This document shows positions 9,728 to 18,803 of a stretch of 64,000 bases of DNA, piece by piece; within the stretch, counting starts at the first letter, position 1, and every line of letters starts with the position of its first letter. Made by a program: the position numbers and the translations under genes. A model generated the notes under the pieces. That model worked only from the letters and a program-made list of their open reading frames with translations, was not told where the DNA came from and did not search any database. Source of the stretch: a virus; the IMG/VR virus record IMGVR_UViG_3300021091_000027, positions 47,052 through 111,051 of that record; one strand, 5' to 3'.

Positions 9728-10425
9728 TTAGACACTCCCTTTGCAAACCCTGATACAAACTTATTCCATGACCTAGAGTCCTTATTCATCAATGGCACGT
9801 TGTTAAGCTCCAGCATCATCTTGCTGGTCCTCCTATCGACATATGCCTGTACGTCATCTTTGAATTTAATTTGATTTTGGATCATTATTTGAAGTTGTAC
9901 GGTATCTGTAGCGTAGGATTCCATATTTGCTACATAATCGTTTGGGCCCATTTCCGCTACTTTTGAAAGCGATGGAGGCAAACGATAGAGGCCCAGCTCC
10001 TTACAGATCTCGCCTATATATCTACGAACTTCTGGACTGAGACGCTCAGGGGTGTTGGAGTCCAGCATAGTGAGCTCGGTAATAGCCCAAGCACATTCAT
10101 ATGGATCGGCTATGTCAAAGACGTCATAGCTCATAGGTGTTCCACTTAAAACATTGGCACAGTTCATAAAAGTGGACACATCTGTATGAACTAGGTCGGT
10201 CGTCAAAGAGTTCCAAAGTGCCCATATTTTATCGGTGTTCACATCAGGGATATCAGATACTGAAAACCCCTCCTCAAGCTCCTGACGAAATGCCTGAGGG
10301 TCCATATCAAAGATCTCCTGACCGTAAGAGTCCAGAATCATAGTAAGCAGCACAGTGCCGACGGTATCCCGACTTTTCCACAGCTGATCGTACGCTTTAG
10401 ATGCTGTTATGCTTTTAATTGGCAT
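9724..10425 (-). CDS. Hypothetical protein
   Basis: 233-aa ORF, coupled to the next gene. Confidence 0.65.
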   Translation of the reverse strand: MPIKSITASKAYDQLWKSRDTVGTVLLTMILDSYGQEIFDMDPQAFRQELEEGFSVSDIPDVNTDKIWALWNSLTTDLVHTDVSTFMNCANVLSGTPMSYDVFDIADPYECAWAITELTMLDSNTPERLSPEVRRYIGEICKELGLYRLPPSLSKVAEMGPNDYVANMESYATDTVQLQIMIQNQIKFKDDVQAYVDRRTSKMMLELNNVPLMNKDSRSWNKFVSGFAKGVSK

Positions 10426-10436
10426 TAGATTTCAGT

Positions 10437-11249
10437 TTATTCTTCTGCCTTTGCAAGGTTATCTGCGAATATGCCGGCGTTAGGATAAGCCTCGTTGATA
10501 AGTTTAGATTGCATCTCAATCTGCTTCTTCAGATCCTTCTTTGTATCAAGGATATGAGATATAGCTGGATTCTTATAGGTGCCAGTATATCTCTTTTTGG
10601 CGGCATCTGATAGCTGCTTGTACATCTTTGCAACAGCTTTGTAGTCGGCACCTGGCGCTGCAACGCCTAAGGTGTGCTCCTTTATCAGAGTTTGAATCTG
10701 CTTAGCTATATTTGGGTTTTTAGATAGGCTATCAACTATATTCTTGTCCGAGGTGAATATCCTAGAAAGAAAGCCCATTTCCTTCTTTCTCTCTGCCAAT
10801 AACTCATCCAGTCGCTTGTCTGCTTCAGATCTATCAAGTAAGGTTAGCGCTGCACTGCTTAGATTTTTACGTGAATCAGATGTTACCAATGGGTGTTGGC
10901 CAAGGCTTATTCCCGTTATTCCCAAAGCTCGTAAGTAAGCGATTGTACTCGCAGCTAATGCAGTAGCGGTTCCGGGACCAAAAGCTATATCCTTGTCCTT
11001 AAGCTTCTTTCCGTCTAGCATCCCCTTTCTACTGACACTCTTGGCCTGTCGTGCAGCATCGTTGATATTCATTGCTGCGAACTGCAAAACCGTCTTGTTG
11101 ATGTCGTCGGCCGTCAGGTTTCTATTCTCATGCGGATGCGGAGTCATACCTGCCATTCTGTCGTTCCAAAATGACATAAGATACTCCTCTTCTGATGGAA
11201 TACTGTGTGTGGCAGCTAATTTTCTTAAATTATTTGCTACTTTAATCAT
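10437..11249 (-). CDS. Hypothetical protein with MIKVANNL leader
   Basis: 270 aa; first 8 aa are identical to those of 11264-11680. Confidence 0.65.
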   Translation of the reverse strand: MIKVANNLRKLAATHSIPSEEEYLMSFWNDRMAGMTPHPHENRNLTADDINKTVLQFAAMNINDAARQAKSVSRKGMLDGKKLKDKDIAFGPGTATALAASTIAYLRALGITGISLGQHPLVTSDSRKNLSSAALTLLDRSEADKRLDELLAERKKEMGFLSRIFTSDKNIVDSLSKNPNIAKQIQTLIKEHTLGVAAPGADYKAVAKMYKQLSDAAKKRYTGTYKNPAISHILDTKKDLKKQIEMQSKLINEAYPNAGIFADNLAKAEE

Positions 11250-11263
11250 AACTTATTTTTCTT

Positions 11264-11680
11264 TTATTTGTTCCCGGGTGTTTTCCCAGGATATAACGGA
11301 CCTAACTCGGTCTCGACTGTGGTCGAACCTTCACCTTGAGATCTAGGGTTCCCGGGAATCGTTATTGTTGGATTGCCGTGTATGGGGATGTAATCATCCA
11401 GCAGGCGATTTTTAGCTTTAAGACCCCCGTACAGGCCTACTCCGCCACCCAGTCCGAGTCCGGCCAGGCCACCATAGCCGAGGCCTTTTAGAATCGACTT
11501 GCCTCTCAGCGCCTGAATCAAGCCGCCAATGGCAGAACCCCCCAGGGCCCCCAGACCGCCGCCGATGGCGGTGTTCGTATACGGCAGGATCTTGGCGAGA
11601 TCTGCGAGCGTTCCACTCCACTGCAAACCGGCAGACTTGACAGAGACCATACGTTGAAGATTATTTGCTACTTTAATCAT
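11264..11680 (-). CDS. Glycine-zipper protein with MIKVANNL leader
   Basis: 138 aa; GGGLGALGGSAIGG and GGLAGLGLGGGVG; locally higher GC. Confidence 0.65.
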   Translation of the reverse strand: MIKVANNLQRMVSVKSAGLQWSGTLADLAKILPYTNTAIGGGLGALGGSAIGGLIQALRGKSILKGLGYGGLAGLGLGGGVGLYGGLKAKNRLLDDYIPIHGNPTITIPGNPRSQGEGSTTVETELGPLYPGKTPGNK

Positions 11681-11682
11681 AA

Positions 11683-13029
11683 TTACATTTCTTGGGCTGT
11701 GCCTATTTGAGAGTTAAGAGAGTTCTGTTCGTGCTGTTGTCTTGCTTGTCGAGCCTTAACCGCAGCGAGTCCAGCCTGAGCATCGAGAGCATCTAGTTTA
11801 GCTTGTTCTTTCTTTTCGTTCATGCGAGCCTCAAAAGAAGAATCGTCTTCGCCGGGCATTGGATTAGTGTCATCCATAAGCATTTGTTGCATAGCGGGCA
11901 TCATGCCCATATTGGCTTCTTTAAATAAACGACTCAGTAGATCGTCGGTTGTTTCTGGTATATAGCCGGAGGTCTTAACAGCTTCTTCAAAGCGGCGGGC
12001 TTCTGGTTTAGGCATAGTGGGCAGAATTTCTGCAGCCTTGTTGCGGTCTACGTTAAAGCCATCTGTCTGGCAGTAAGACAAAAAATCGTCTCCAGCAATC
12101 TTAAGGCCTTTTTCAAGTTGATGGTCGCTGATCTTGGTGAGATCTACTGGGATGCCAGTAGTTAAATGAACAATTCCATCAGCTACTGATGCAGCTTTAG
12201 TAAGGCTGACCCTAAAGCATACATCAATGGGGTGCTGCAGAGCCGAACCCCACTTTGAATTTAAGCCGTGTTTAATATCAAAAGCCTCTAGGCAGTTACA
12301 AATTATATCCCCCGCGTTACACAATTCAAATGGATGGGTGCTTAAATCATTGGCTACTTTTAATAACTCATCTTCAAGTTCTGACCACTTAACGGTAGGT
12401 ATGCTACTTAATCTGTCTGTGATAGCAACAGCTATTTTGCAGTTTATATTTGAATAAGTATTTGAATTAGCAACTCTGTCAATATAGGCAGCAGCTTTTA
12501 CGTTTAATTTAAAAATGTCTGCCCTTGCCTGCAACTTAGAGGCTGTTTTCCTTTGAACATCTGTAAGAAACTTATACCTATTTTCATATAGCCACTCTGC
12601 GCTGGCCGTAGCTGCTTCTTTGGTGTGATCTGGACATCTTTCTATCTTTGCACCTTTATGCTCAAATGTCATAGCATACGATACTGGAATAATTTGTTGT
12701 TCAAATGCAGATTTGATAGTTTCTACATCTTCTAAGATGCCCCAAACTCTTGCTGCATTTAATAATTTTACTTCAGCTTGTTTCCCTATCGGTGAAGTGC
12801 TACACTGGTTGCCGTAGAAATAAAGAGCAGAACACCAGCAATCAGATTTACTGTCGAGGGCAAATTTCTTGTTTACTGTGTCCGCAAAGCATTTAGAACT
12901 CTTTATAGCAGCGGCGTCTTTAGTAAGAACGCCTGCAGACTTAACATATTCAGGCATTGCCACTTGTTGTATGAGCGCATTATAGTACTTTTTAGAGACG
13001 TCATCAGTTATGTCAATCCAGCGAATCAT
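11683..13029 (-). CDS. K-x-A-rich protein (putative head/scaffold-associated)
   Basis: 448 aa; AAGGA RBS; at least 10 K-x-A motifs (KSAG, KQAE, KEAA, KTAS, KVAN, KAAS, KEAN). Confidence 0.6.
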   Translation of the reverse strand: MIRWIDITDDVSKKYYNALIQQVAMPEYVKSAGVLTKDAAAIKSSKCFADTVNKKFALDSKSDCWCSALYFYGNQCSTSPIGKQAEVKLLNAARVWGILEDVETIKSAFEQQIIPVSYAMTFEHKGAKIERCPDHTKEAATASAEWLYENRYKFLTDVQRKTASKLQARADIFKLNVKAAAYIDRVANSNTYSNINCKIAVAITDRLSSIPTVKWSELEDELLKVANDLSTHPFELCNAGDIICNCLEAFDIKHGLNSKWGSALQHPIDVCFRVSLTKAASVADGIVHLTTGIPVDLTKISDHQLEKGLKIAGDDFLSYCQTDGFNVDRNKAAEILPTMPKPEARRFEEAVKTSGYIPETTDDLLSRLFKEANMGMMPAMQQMLMDDTNPMPGEDDSSFEARMNEKKEQAKLDALDAQAGLAAVKARQARQQHEQNSLNSQIGTAQEM

Positions 13030-15682
13030 AGATGGTGTTCCTTCGGAAAAGTTCTACTCGGCCTTCCATTATACAAAAATTCTGAAACTTTTGGGCTACG
13101 ACGATATTGCCAAACCTGGCAGTTATGTTAGATGCATTAAGTGTAAAACTGCAAATATGTACGTTTCGGCGTTAATTCCATTTGGCGGATGGATGTACTG
13201 CGATAAATGTAAACTTTCATGTGAAGGCCTTCGCCTGTACGGCCAGGCGTACAAGATCTTAAATCCAGAAGAATTAGTACATAAAATTGCAGAAGAGCTA
13301 AAAATAAAAGATCTGTTAATGGAAGATTTAATTAGTTATTCTACATTTTATCAAAGGTATTACAATAAAGTATTGAAGGTGTGGGAAATCGCCAGAAACA
13401 ACATGTTTCCAACCGCTAATAGATTTGCTACAGGCAGACTTAGCGAACTTAATCTTTGGGTAAGTCAGGAGACCTATAATCGAGGATTTACAGATTGGTT
13501 CGGATATGCCCATAAACATGAAATAGAGGAGCTGCTGGAAGATAAAATCCATGGATTTGGAAAAGCTACAGAAGGGCTAATAGTTACTCCTTTTTACTTA
13601 AACCCTGGATTTATTTCAGGATTTGGATTTATAGGAAATAAAGACCAGCTTAATTATTTAAACGTCTTAAGTGGGCACTATCCAGGATACTGCGGCTTAA
13701 ATTCTTGTCATAGAGACCCCTCTGCAGAGGTCTATGTCTTAGATCACCCCCTTCAAGCAGCGAGAATAGTCCAAAAATGTACGATAGAGCGTTATAATAA
13801 ATTGTCTGTGGTGGCCAAGTCCCCAATAGGTCAATTAGATCCACTGTTCTTACCTAAGCCAACAATCGTTTGGACGGACGCCCCAGATACCGCATTTTTA
13901 AAAACTTGTATAAAGTCTAAAAACTTTAAAATAATGCTAGATGATACTCCGTATATTTGGAGGCCTGCTGAGAAAACATCAAAGTTATGGATGGGTAATT
14001 TAATGCCTACGATCCATAAACATATATCTGAAAATAATTTAATCAATCCTTTGGATTTTCTCACTACAGAACTTATCACAATGGGGGTTGTAAACGCTAG
14101 GAATGTCGTAAAAGCTATGGAGCTTTCGACATTTCAAAAGAACCTCATACTTGCTTCGTGCTCAAATACGATACGAGAAGAGCTTGAGGATATTCTTGAG
14201 AATGTGGCAACCTCTCAACTAGTAATAATAGATAAAAAAATAGTATTTGAAAAAGATGGAAAACTGTGGATGCAGGGTTCCAGGGAAATTCCAGATGAAC
14301 TCATATGCAATGCTACAGTGAGAATCACTAATATATGCAGATCAAAACAAGATGGAAAGGCGTCTTTGTTTGGGAGATTTACATTTGAAGGCAAAGAAGT
14401 GGATTTTCAGATGGACGAAGAACTCCTGGAATCCGATCCTGCAAAAGCTCTTGCATTAATTTCTGTCAATGCAGGCATATCAAAGCATCCATTTTTGCTC
14501 GATTCAATGTCTAAAAAGTATTTAGACATAATATTGAGACTTAGTTCACCAGAGGTGCATGCTGTGCAGAACTACGTTGGCTATGACTTTGATACCGGTA
14601 GATTCAATATACCTAGAATGTCGATAGATTCGCACCAGATAAGAGTCGGAGTTCCATTCGTAATGGATGACGTGGAGCCGCCCTGTGCATCCGTAATGAT
14701 GGATCCCGGCATAGCCATAGACTCAATAGCCAGTTTATTTGATTATGGGCCAGAAACAGCGGCATATATGGCAGGAATGGCCTCCATGATTTCTGCTATA
14801 CATTCGGTCATCAACGAATCTTCGAGAACAAATACCTTGTTTGGGGGTAGCAAAGGATCCTTGGCAGAATATATATTTGACGTAATCAGGATGGATTTAG
14901 GCCTGAAGGCCACCACTTTGAACAACAAAGATGATATGGAGTCTGCTCACTCCTTAGCCACTATACACCACGTACCTGTAGCCATAGATGGCAATAGATC
15001 CAAGCCCAAGCTTTTGGCTCAGTGGCTGGAGGGACAAGGCCTAAACAGCATGGTTGTCGTTAATCCTATGATGGCGTCGGCCCTAGCTGCTGATAAGGAT
15101 TGGGCATTTGTGCGAGCAGATGTGCCGTTCTCATATGAAACAAAGGCTTTATTGAAAAGTGAAAATGCATTTCCTTTTCTCATGCAGTATTCTCTTACAG
15201 TAAAGCATAATGGACCACATAGCTTTTTAGATAACCTAAAGTATTTGGCTAATTCTCTAAACAAACCCGCACGAGTAATAGAGGCCGCAAAGGCTATGGT
15301 TTCCACAAAAGGTTACATAAATAGCTCTTCAGCAGCCGCACACTTAATAAACTTTATACATGAGGGTGTCGAAAACGGCATGTTCAAGACCTTTACTGGG
15401 GAAAGCACTAAGAAGCGGTATGTGATATTAAAAAATCCAATGGAAGACATTGTGGCAATAGATTTAGCTAATTTGTGGGGTCAGATGAGGTATTACAACA
15501 TACCTGTAGTGGCTTGGGAAGCAGCTATTTTACATTTAAAAGACCTTGGAGCAAAAAGTATGACCAAAAATGGAGTATCCTTATTGGTATTACCTAAGCC
15601 CACATGGAATACCCTTGTGTCGTCAATAAAGAGATTAAAAAGCCTTAGAAAAGCGGCTTTGATGAATCTATTTAACAACTAA
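13010..15682 (+). CDS. Large protein with an N-terminal Zn finger (possible degenerate primase/helicase-like protein)
   Basis: 890 aa; RCIKC...YCDKC; no intact Walker A seen (closest is FGGSKGS); the start is uncertain because it overlaps the divergent gene. Confidence 0.5.
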   Translation: MSIQRIIDGVPSEKFYSAFHYTKILKLLGYDDIAKPGSYVRCIKCKTANMYVSALIPFGGWMYCDKCKLSCEGLRLYGQAYKILNPEELVHKIAEELKIKDLLMEDLISYSTFYQRYYNKVLKVWEIARNNMFPTANRFATGRLSELNLWVSQETYNRGFTDWFGYAHKHEIEELLEDKIHGFGKATEGLIVTPFYLNPGFISGFGFIGNKDQLNYLNVLSGHYPGYCGLNSCHRDPSAEVYVLDHPLQAARIVQKCTIERYNKLSVVAKSPIGQLDPLFLPKPTIVWTDAPDTAFLKTCIKSKNFKIMLDDTPYIWRPAEKTSKLWMGNLMPTIHKHISENNLINPLDFLTTELITMGVVNARNVVKAMELSTFQKNLILASCSNTIREELEDILENVATSQLVIIDKKIVFEKDGKLWMQGSREIPDELICNATVRITNICRSKQDGKASLFGRFTFEGKEVDFQMDEELLESDPAKALALISVNAGISKHPFLLDSMSKKYLDIILRLSSPEVHAVQNYVGYDFDTGRFNIPRMSIDSHQIRVGVPFVMDDVEPPCASVMMDPGIAIDSIASLFDYGPETAAYMAGMASMISAIHSVINESSRTNTLFGGSKGSLAEYIFDVIRMDLGLKATTLNNKDDMESAHSLATIHHVPVAIDGNRSKPKLLAQWLEGQGLNSMVVVNPMMASALAADKDWAFVRADVPFSYETKALLKSENAFPFLMQYSLTVKHNGPHSFLDNLKYLANSLNKPARVIEAAKAMVSTKGYINSSSAAAHLINFIHEGVENGMFKTFTGESTKKRYVILKNPMEDIVAIDLANLWGQMRYYNIPVVAWEAAILHLKDLGAKSMTKNGVSLLVLPKPTWNTLVSSIKRLKSLRKAALMNLFNN

Positions 15683-15890
15683 TAATGTGTTAAAATAATA
15701 TAACGGTTGCTAACTCTATATTAGCAGAAAAATGTAGGCTAAAATAGCCTTATTAATATGTTAAAATACTTTAGTACCTATTTGCTACTAAAGCGCACTT
15801 TTTCTATCTTATTACAGGTTTATACATATAATAAGATAGAAAAAGGCGTACTGCCCTGATTTAAACTACTTGTTTTTTCAGCCTTAGCTA

Positions 15891-17840
15891 TTAGTCAAGA
15901 TCGGTATTATTGTAGTAGGCCGATGGATTACTCATGTGTATGTGCTCGTCTCCATCCAATACTTCGTCCATAAGGTTTGGTATGAGCTCTGGGTATCTTC
16001 TCCACAAGGTTATTACAGCAAATGCTACGGCATGTAGGAAATCGTCTGGCATTCCAGGATTTCTACGGATGTATCTTCGCTCTGTGCCAAACATACTTTC
16101 ACTACTTTCTTCATAAACAGCCAAAAAATGGTCCATTATGTTCTGGCCCACTGAGTCAACCATGCTGTCATACTGGGGAAATCGTATGTTTTTGTTCTTA
16201 ATTGCCAGGCATACCGCCGCTATAACTTTACTTTTGTCCAAATTGTAATAGCTAGTTGGATTTATACTCGTAGGGGGTACGAATTGCAGCATGGATTTTA
16301 TACTTCCGCTGGCTGCATATCTGCAGTTTATGAGTCTAGAGTCCGGAACTCCGATGCTTCTCATGATGCTAAGCCTTACTTCTCCTGCAACTGCAACGTC
16401 ATGGGCTATGGTGGTGCATTTAAATTCATTGGAGATTTCTACAATCTCTTTGGTTTCGAGCACCGAGTCCATCATTGCAGGAAATACATGGCCAAATACG
16501 ATATCTATGTTTCCATCTGGCATGTAGCAAGCCACTGCAGCAGCTGTCATTGATTGAAATCGACTTCCTTTTCCTCCCCAATCCACCCCTAGCACTCTGT
16601 CTACGTATTTTAAGACCTGAGAAGCATTTTCCTTAGAGTTGGCAGGTAAAACTCCAGCGGCCTTTAGCTCACTCTGACTCACCAACCTTTGGCCCTCATC
16701 ACACGCCTCTCCAAGAACTTCATTGATAAAAACAGCCGGAGCCACCAACTCTCTTTTTAAAAGCAATGATTTCCAATTTTTGGGGTTTGCATAATGAACT
16801 GGGGCTATGACTTGAGGAACGTGGTAGCTCGGAAAGTTATTAGACTTTTCTTTATATTTATGAACCCAGAATCCCTTTTCAGGTTGAAGTAGTTTATGAC
16901 ATTTGGCACAGCACAATCCTTCGGGACGAATCATTTCCATAACGCCAAGGCCAGGACCTGAGCCTTCAACGGTGGGAATATTCCAATGGTTGCAATGGTC
17001 GCACTTCATAAACCATTCGGCCTGAGATGATTGGAGTCTTAACTGCTCTATAACGTTATCTACGGTTTTGCTAGTGCCGGCGTACATTTCTGATCGTTTT
17101 TCAGACGCAGACATGCACTCTCTAACAATGTCTAGGAATTCTGGATTGAGATCCTGTATCTCGTCCATTCGTATGCCATCCACAGACAAGCCGCGAATTC
17201 TATCTACGGACAGTTTGGCAAATGAGAACCACAGCTCTGATCCGTTTTTGAACGTTTTTTGCATGACTGAATCCACGCAGTTATTGTCCATCAGTATGGA
17301 CTTAATGTAGGACTCGTGCACAAATTGTCGTATATATTGGTGGCTAAACCGACGTATTTGCTCGAACTGAGGTGCCATATATAACACCTTGAAACGATTT
17401 ATCGAGGCTGCCTGCAAAACTCCTTGGGCAGCAATGTGAGTAGACTTGCCAACTTGACGAGCACATACAAGCAATGTTCTGTCTGGTAAATTAGGATAAA
17501 AAAGTGGCTCAAAAAACTTATGTTTGACCAAAGTAAACGGTCGTCCATTTAATCTGAGCATTGATGCGAGACAAATTGGAGACGACTTATTCATGCTCAA
17601 ATACATGTTCATGAATTTTGTAAAATCCTCAATGTTGAGGCGACTGTACATTTCTTTAATTTTTTCTGGAGGTAGGGCAAATATCATGTTGTCTATATCG
17701 TCTACCTGACATATAGATTTCATATTATTAGCCATATCCACAACCCATTTGGGGGCCAAAGAAGTCAAATCCGTTTTTGACTTTTGTTCGTTACTTTTTT
17801 CGGAGTTATTCATGCAATTATCTGAAAGCCCAGGAGACAT
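15891..17840 (-). CDS. terL: Terminase large subunit (GpA-like)
   Basis: Walker A ARQVGKS, RIRG, Walker B MDEIQD, Zn ribbon CDHC...CAKC, nuclease motifs GVDWGG and PDDFLHA; the true start may lie slightly downstream. Confidence 0.9.
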   Translation of the reverse strand: MSPGLSDNCMNNSEKSNEQKSKTDLTSLAPKWVVDMANNMKSICQVDDIDNMIFALPPEKIKEMYSRLNIEDFTKFMNMYLSMNKSSPICLASMLRLNGRPFTLVKHKFFEPLFYPNLPDRTLLVCARQVGKSTHIAAQGVLQAASINRFKVLYMAPQFEQIRRFSHQYIRQFVHESYIKSILMDNNCVDSVMQKTFKNGSELWFSFAKLSVDRIRGLSVDGIRMDEIQDLNPEFLDIVRECMSASEKRSEMYAGTSKTVDNVIEQLRLQSSQAEWFMKCDHCNHWNIPTVEGSGPGLGVMEMIRPEGLCCAKCHKLLQPEKGFWVHKYKEKSNNFPSYHVPQVIAPVHYANPKNWKSLLLKRELVAPAVFINEVLGEACDEGQRLVSQSELKAAGVLPANSKENASQVLKYVDRVLGVDWGGKGSRFQSMTAAAVACYMPDGNIDIVFGHVFPAMMDSVLETKEIVEISNEFKCTTIAHDVAVAGEVRLSIMRSIGVPDSRLINCRYAASGSIKSMLQFVPPTSINPTSYYNLDKSKVIAAVCLAIKNKNIRFPQYDSMVDSVGQNIMDHFLAVYEESSESMFGTERRYIRRNPGMPDDFLHAVAFAVITLWRRYPELIPNLMDEVLDGDEHIHMSNPSAYYNNTDLD

Positions 17841-18033
17841 GCTGGCAAGACTGGCTAAAGACTTTTTTGTATCTGCCTATAAATTGTGTATTTTATTGGC
17901 CACAGGTTTGATAATACTAGGTAAATTTGTTTTTGACAACTTATACAAGCTAGTGGATATCGATAAAAAGGGACAAACTGAAGTAAGAAGGGTAGTATAT
18001 GAGACAGAAGAGGAGAGTAGTAACAATAAATGA
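17839..18033 (+). CDS. Small membrane protein
   Basis: ATG 17839 after CAGGAG RBS; MLARLAKD...LCILLATGLIILGKF. Confidence 0.5.
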   Translation: MLARLAKDFFVSAYKLCILLATGLIILGKFVFDNLYKLVDIDKKGQTEVRRVVYETEEESSNNK

Positions 18034-18209
18034 GCAAAATTTTAAAATCAGAATCTCCAGATGAATACTTAAAAAGAGCAGGAATCAAAGCTTTTGATTC
18101 TTCACTTGTCGCCGAGAATCCGCTACCTACAATTGACCTCAGTAAGTTGCAAAACTTTAATCAACTAAAGGAGCGTCCCGATTCTTCAGATTGCAATAAA
18201 TGTAAGTAG
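18030..18209 (+). CDS. Small hypothetical protein (59 aa, not in the ORF track)
   Basis: MSKILKSESPDEYLKRAGI...DCNKCK; ATG overlaps the upstream stop. Confidence 0.5.
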   Translation: MSKILKSESPDEYLKRAGIKAFDSSLVAENPLPTIDLSKLQNFNQLKERPDSSDCNKCK

Positions 18210-18218
18210 AGGTAAAGC

Positions 18219-18284
18219 TTGTTTGCATTATTGTGTTTGCTCTTTTTAATGTTTCTTCTATCGGATCGCGATAAATATAAATAG
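18219..18284 (+). CDS. 21-aa hydrophobic mini-peptide
   Basis: GAGGT RBS plus TTG start; MFALLCLLFLMFLLSDRDKYK. Confidence 0.4.
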   Translation: MFALLCLLFLMFLLSDRDKYK

Positions 18285-18293
18285 AGGTAAAAA

Positions 18294-18410
18294 TTGTTCC
18301 CACTGCTATGTTTGCTCTTTTTAATATTTCTTTTTATTGACCCCTGCACAACAATAGCCATAGCGCTCACAGCTCTGCTAGGCTACTCAATAATTAACGG
18401 TAAAAAATAA
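18294..18410 (+). CDS. 38-aa hydrophobic mini-peptide, paralogue of 18219-18284
   Basis: GAGGT RBS plus TTG start; MFPLLCLLFLIFLFIDPCTTIAIALTALLGYSIINGKK; stop coupled to the next ATG. Confidence 0.45.
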   Translation: MFPLLCLLFLIFLFIDPCTTIAIALTALLGYSIINGKK

Positions 18411-18727
18411 TGATCGAGTGGATACTTACAGTCGCCCTCTCGGCGATATCTATTGGCGTCATGTCCTACATGATAGTGTGGGGCGTGCATAACTTTGAAC
18501 TGACGGTGAACACCATAATGGTATGGGCCGATCAACAAGAAACTTTTTTGCAAAAAATGATATCGTGCTCTGTGTGCCTGGCCGTCCAGAGCACATTGGC
18601 ACTGACCTCACTACACTGCCTTGTATTCAAACTAGGTCTGTGGACATGGATATGTACAACACTTATAGCGTGTTTGGTTGCGCTCGTGTTGATAAAGAGG
18701 ATAAATCCCTTAGCAGACTCAAAATAA
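18410..18727 (+). CDS. Membrane protein with CxxC (DUF1360-like)
   Basis: Three hydrophobic segments; MISCSVCLAV. Confidence 0.55.
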   Translation: MIEWILTVALSAISIGVMSYMIVWGVHNFELTVNTIMVWADQQETFLQKMISCSVCLAVQSTLALTSLHCLVFKLGLWTWICTTLIACLVALVLIKRINPLADSK

Positions 18728-18803
18728 TAAAAAAGATGTGGTAATGTTTTGAAAGAAAGTATTAAGACCCAAAGAGTTTGCTCAGCAAAAAAAAATATTT
18801 AAA

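Noticed and set aside
18161-18370. 69-aa minus-strand ORF with an RNIKKSKH repeat
   Set aside because: Better explained by two plus-strand mini-ORFs that have RBSs and are co-oriented and coupled with their neighbours
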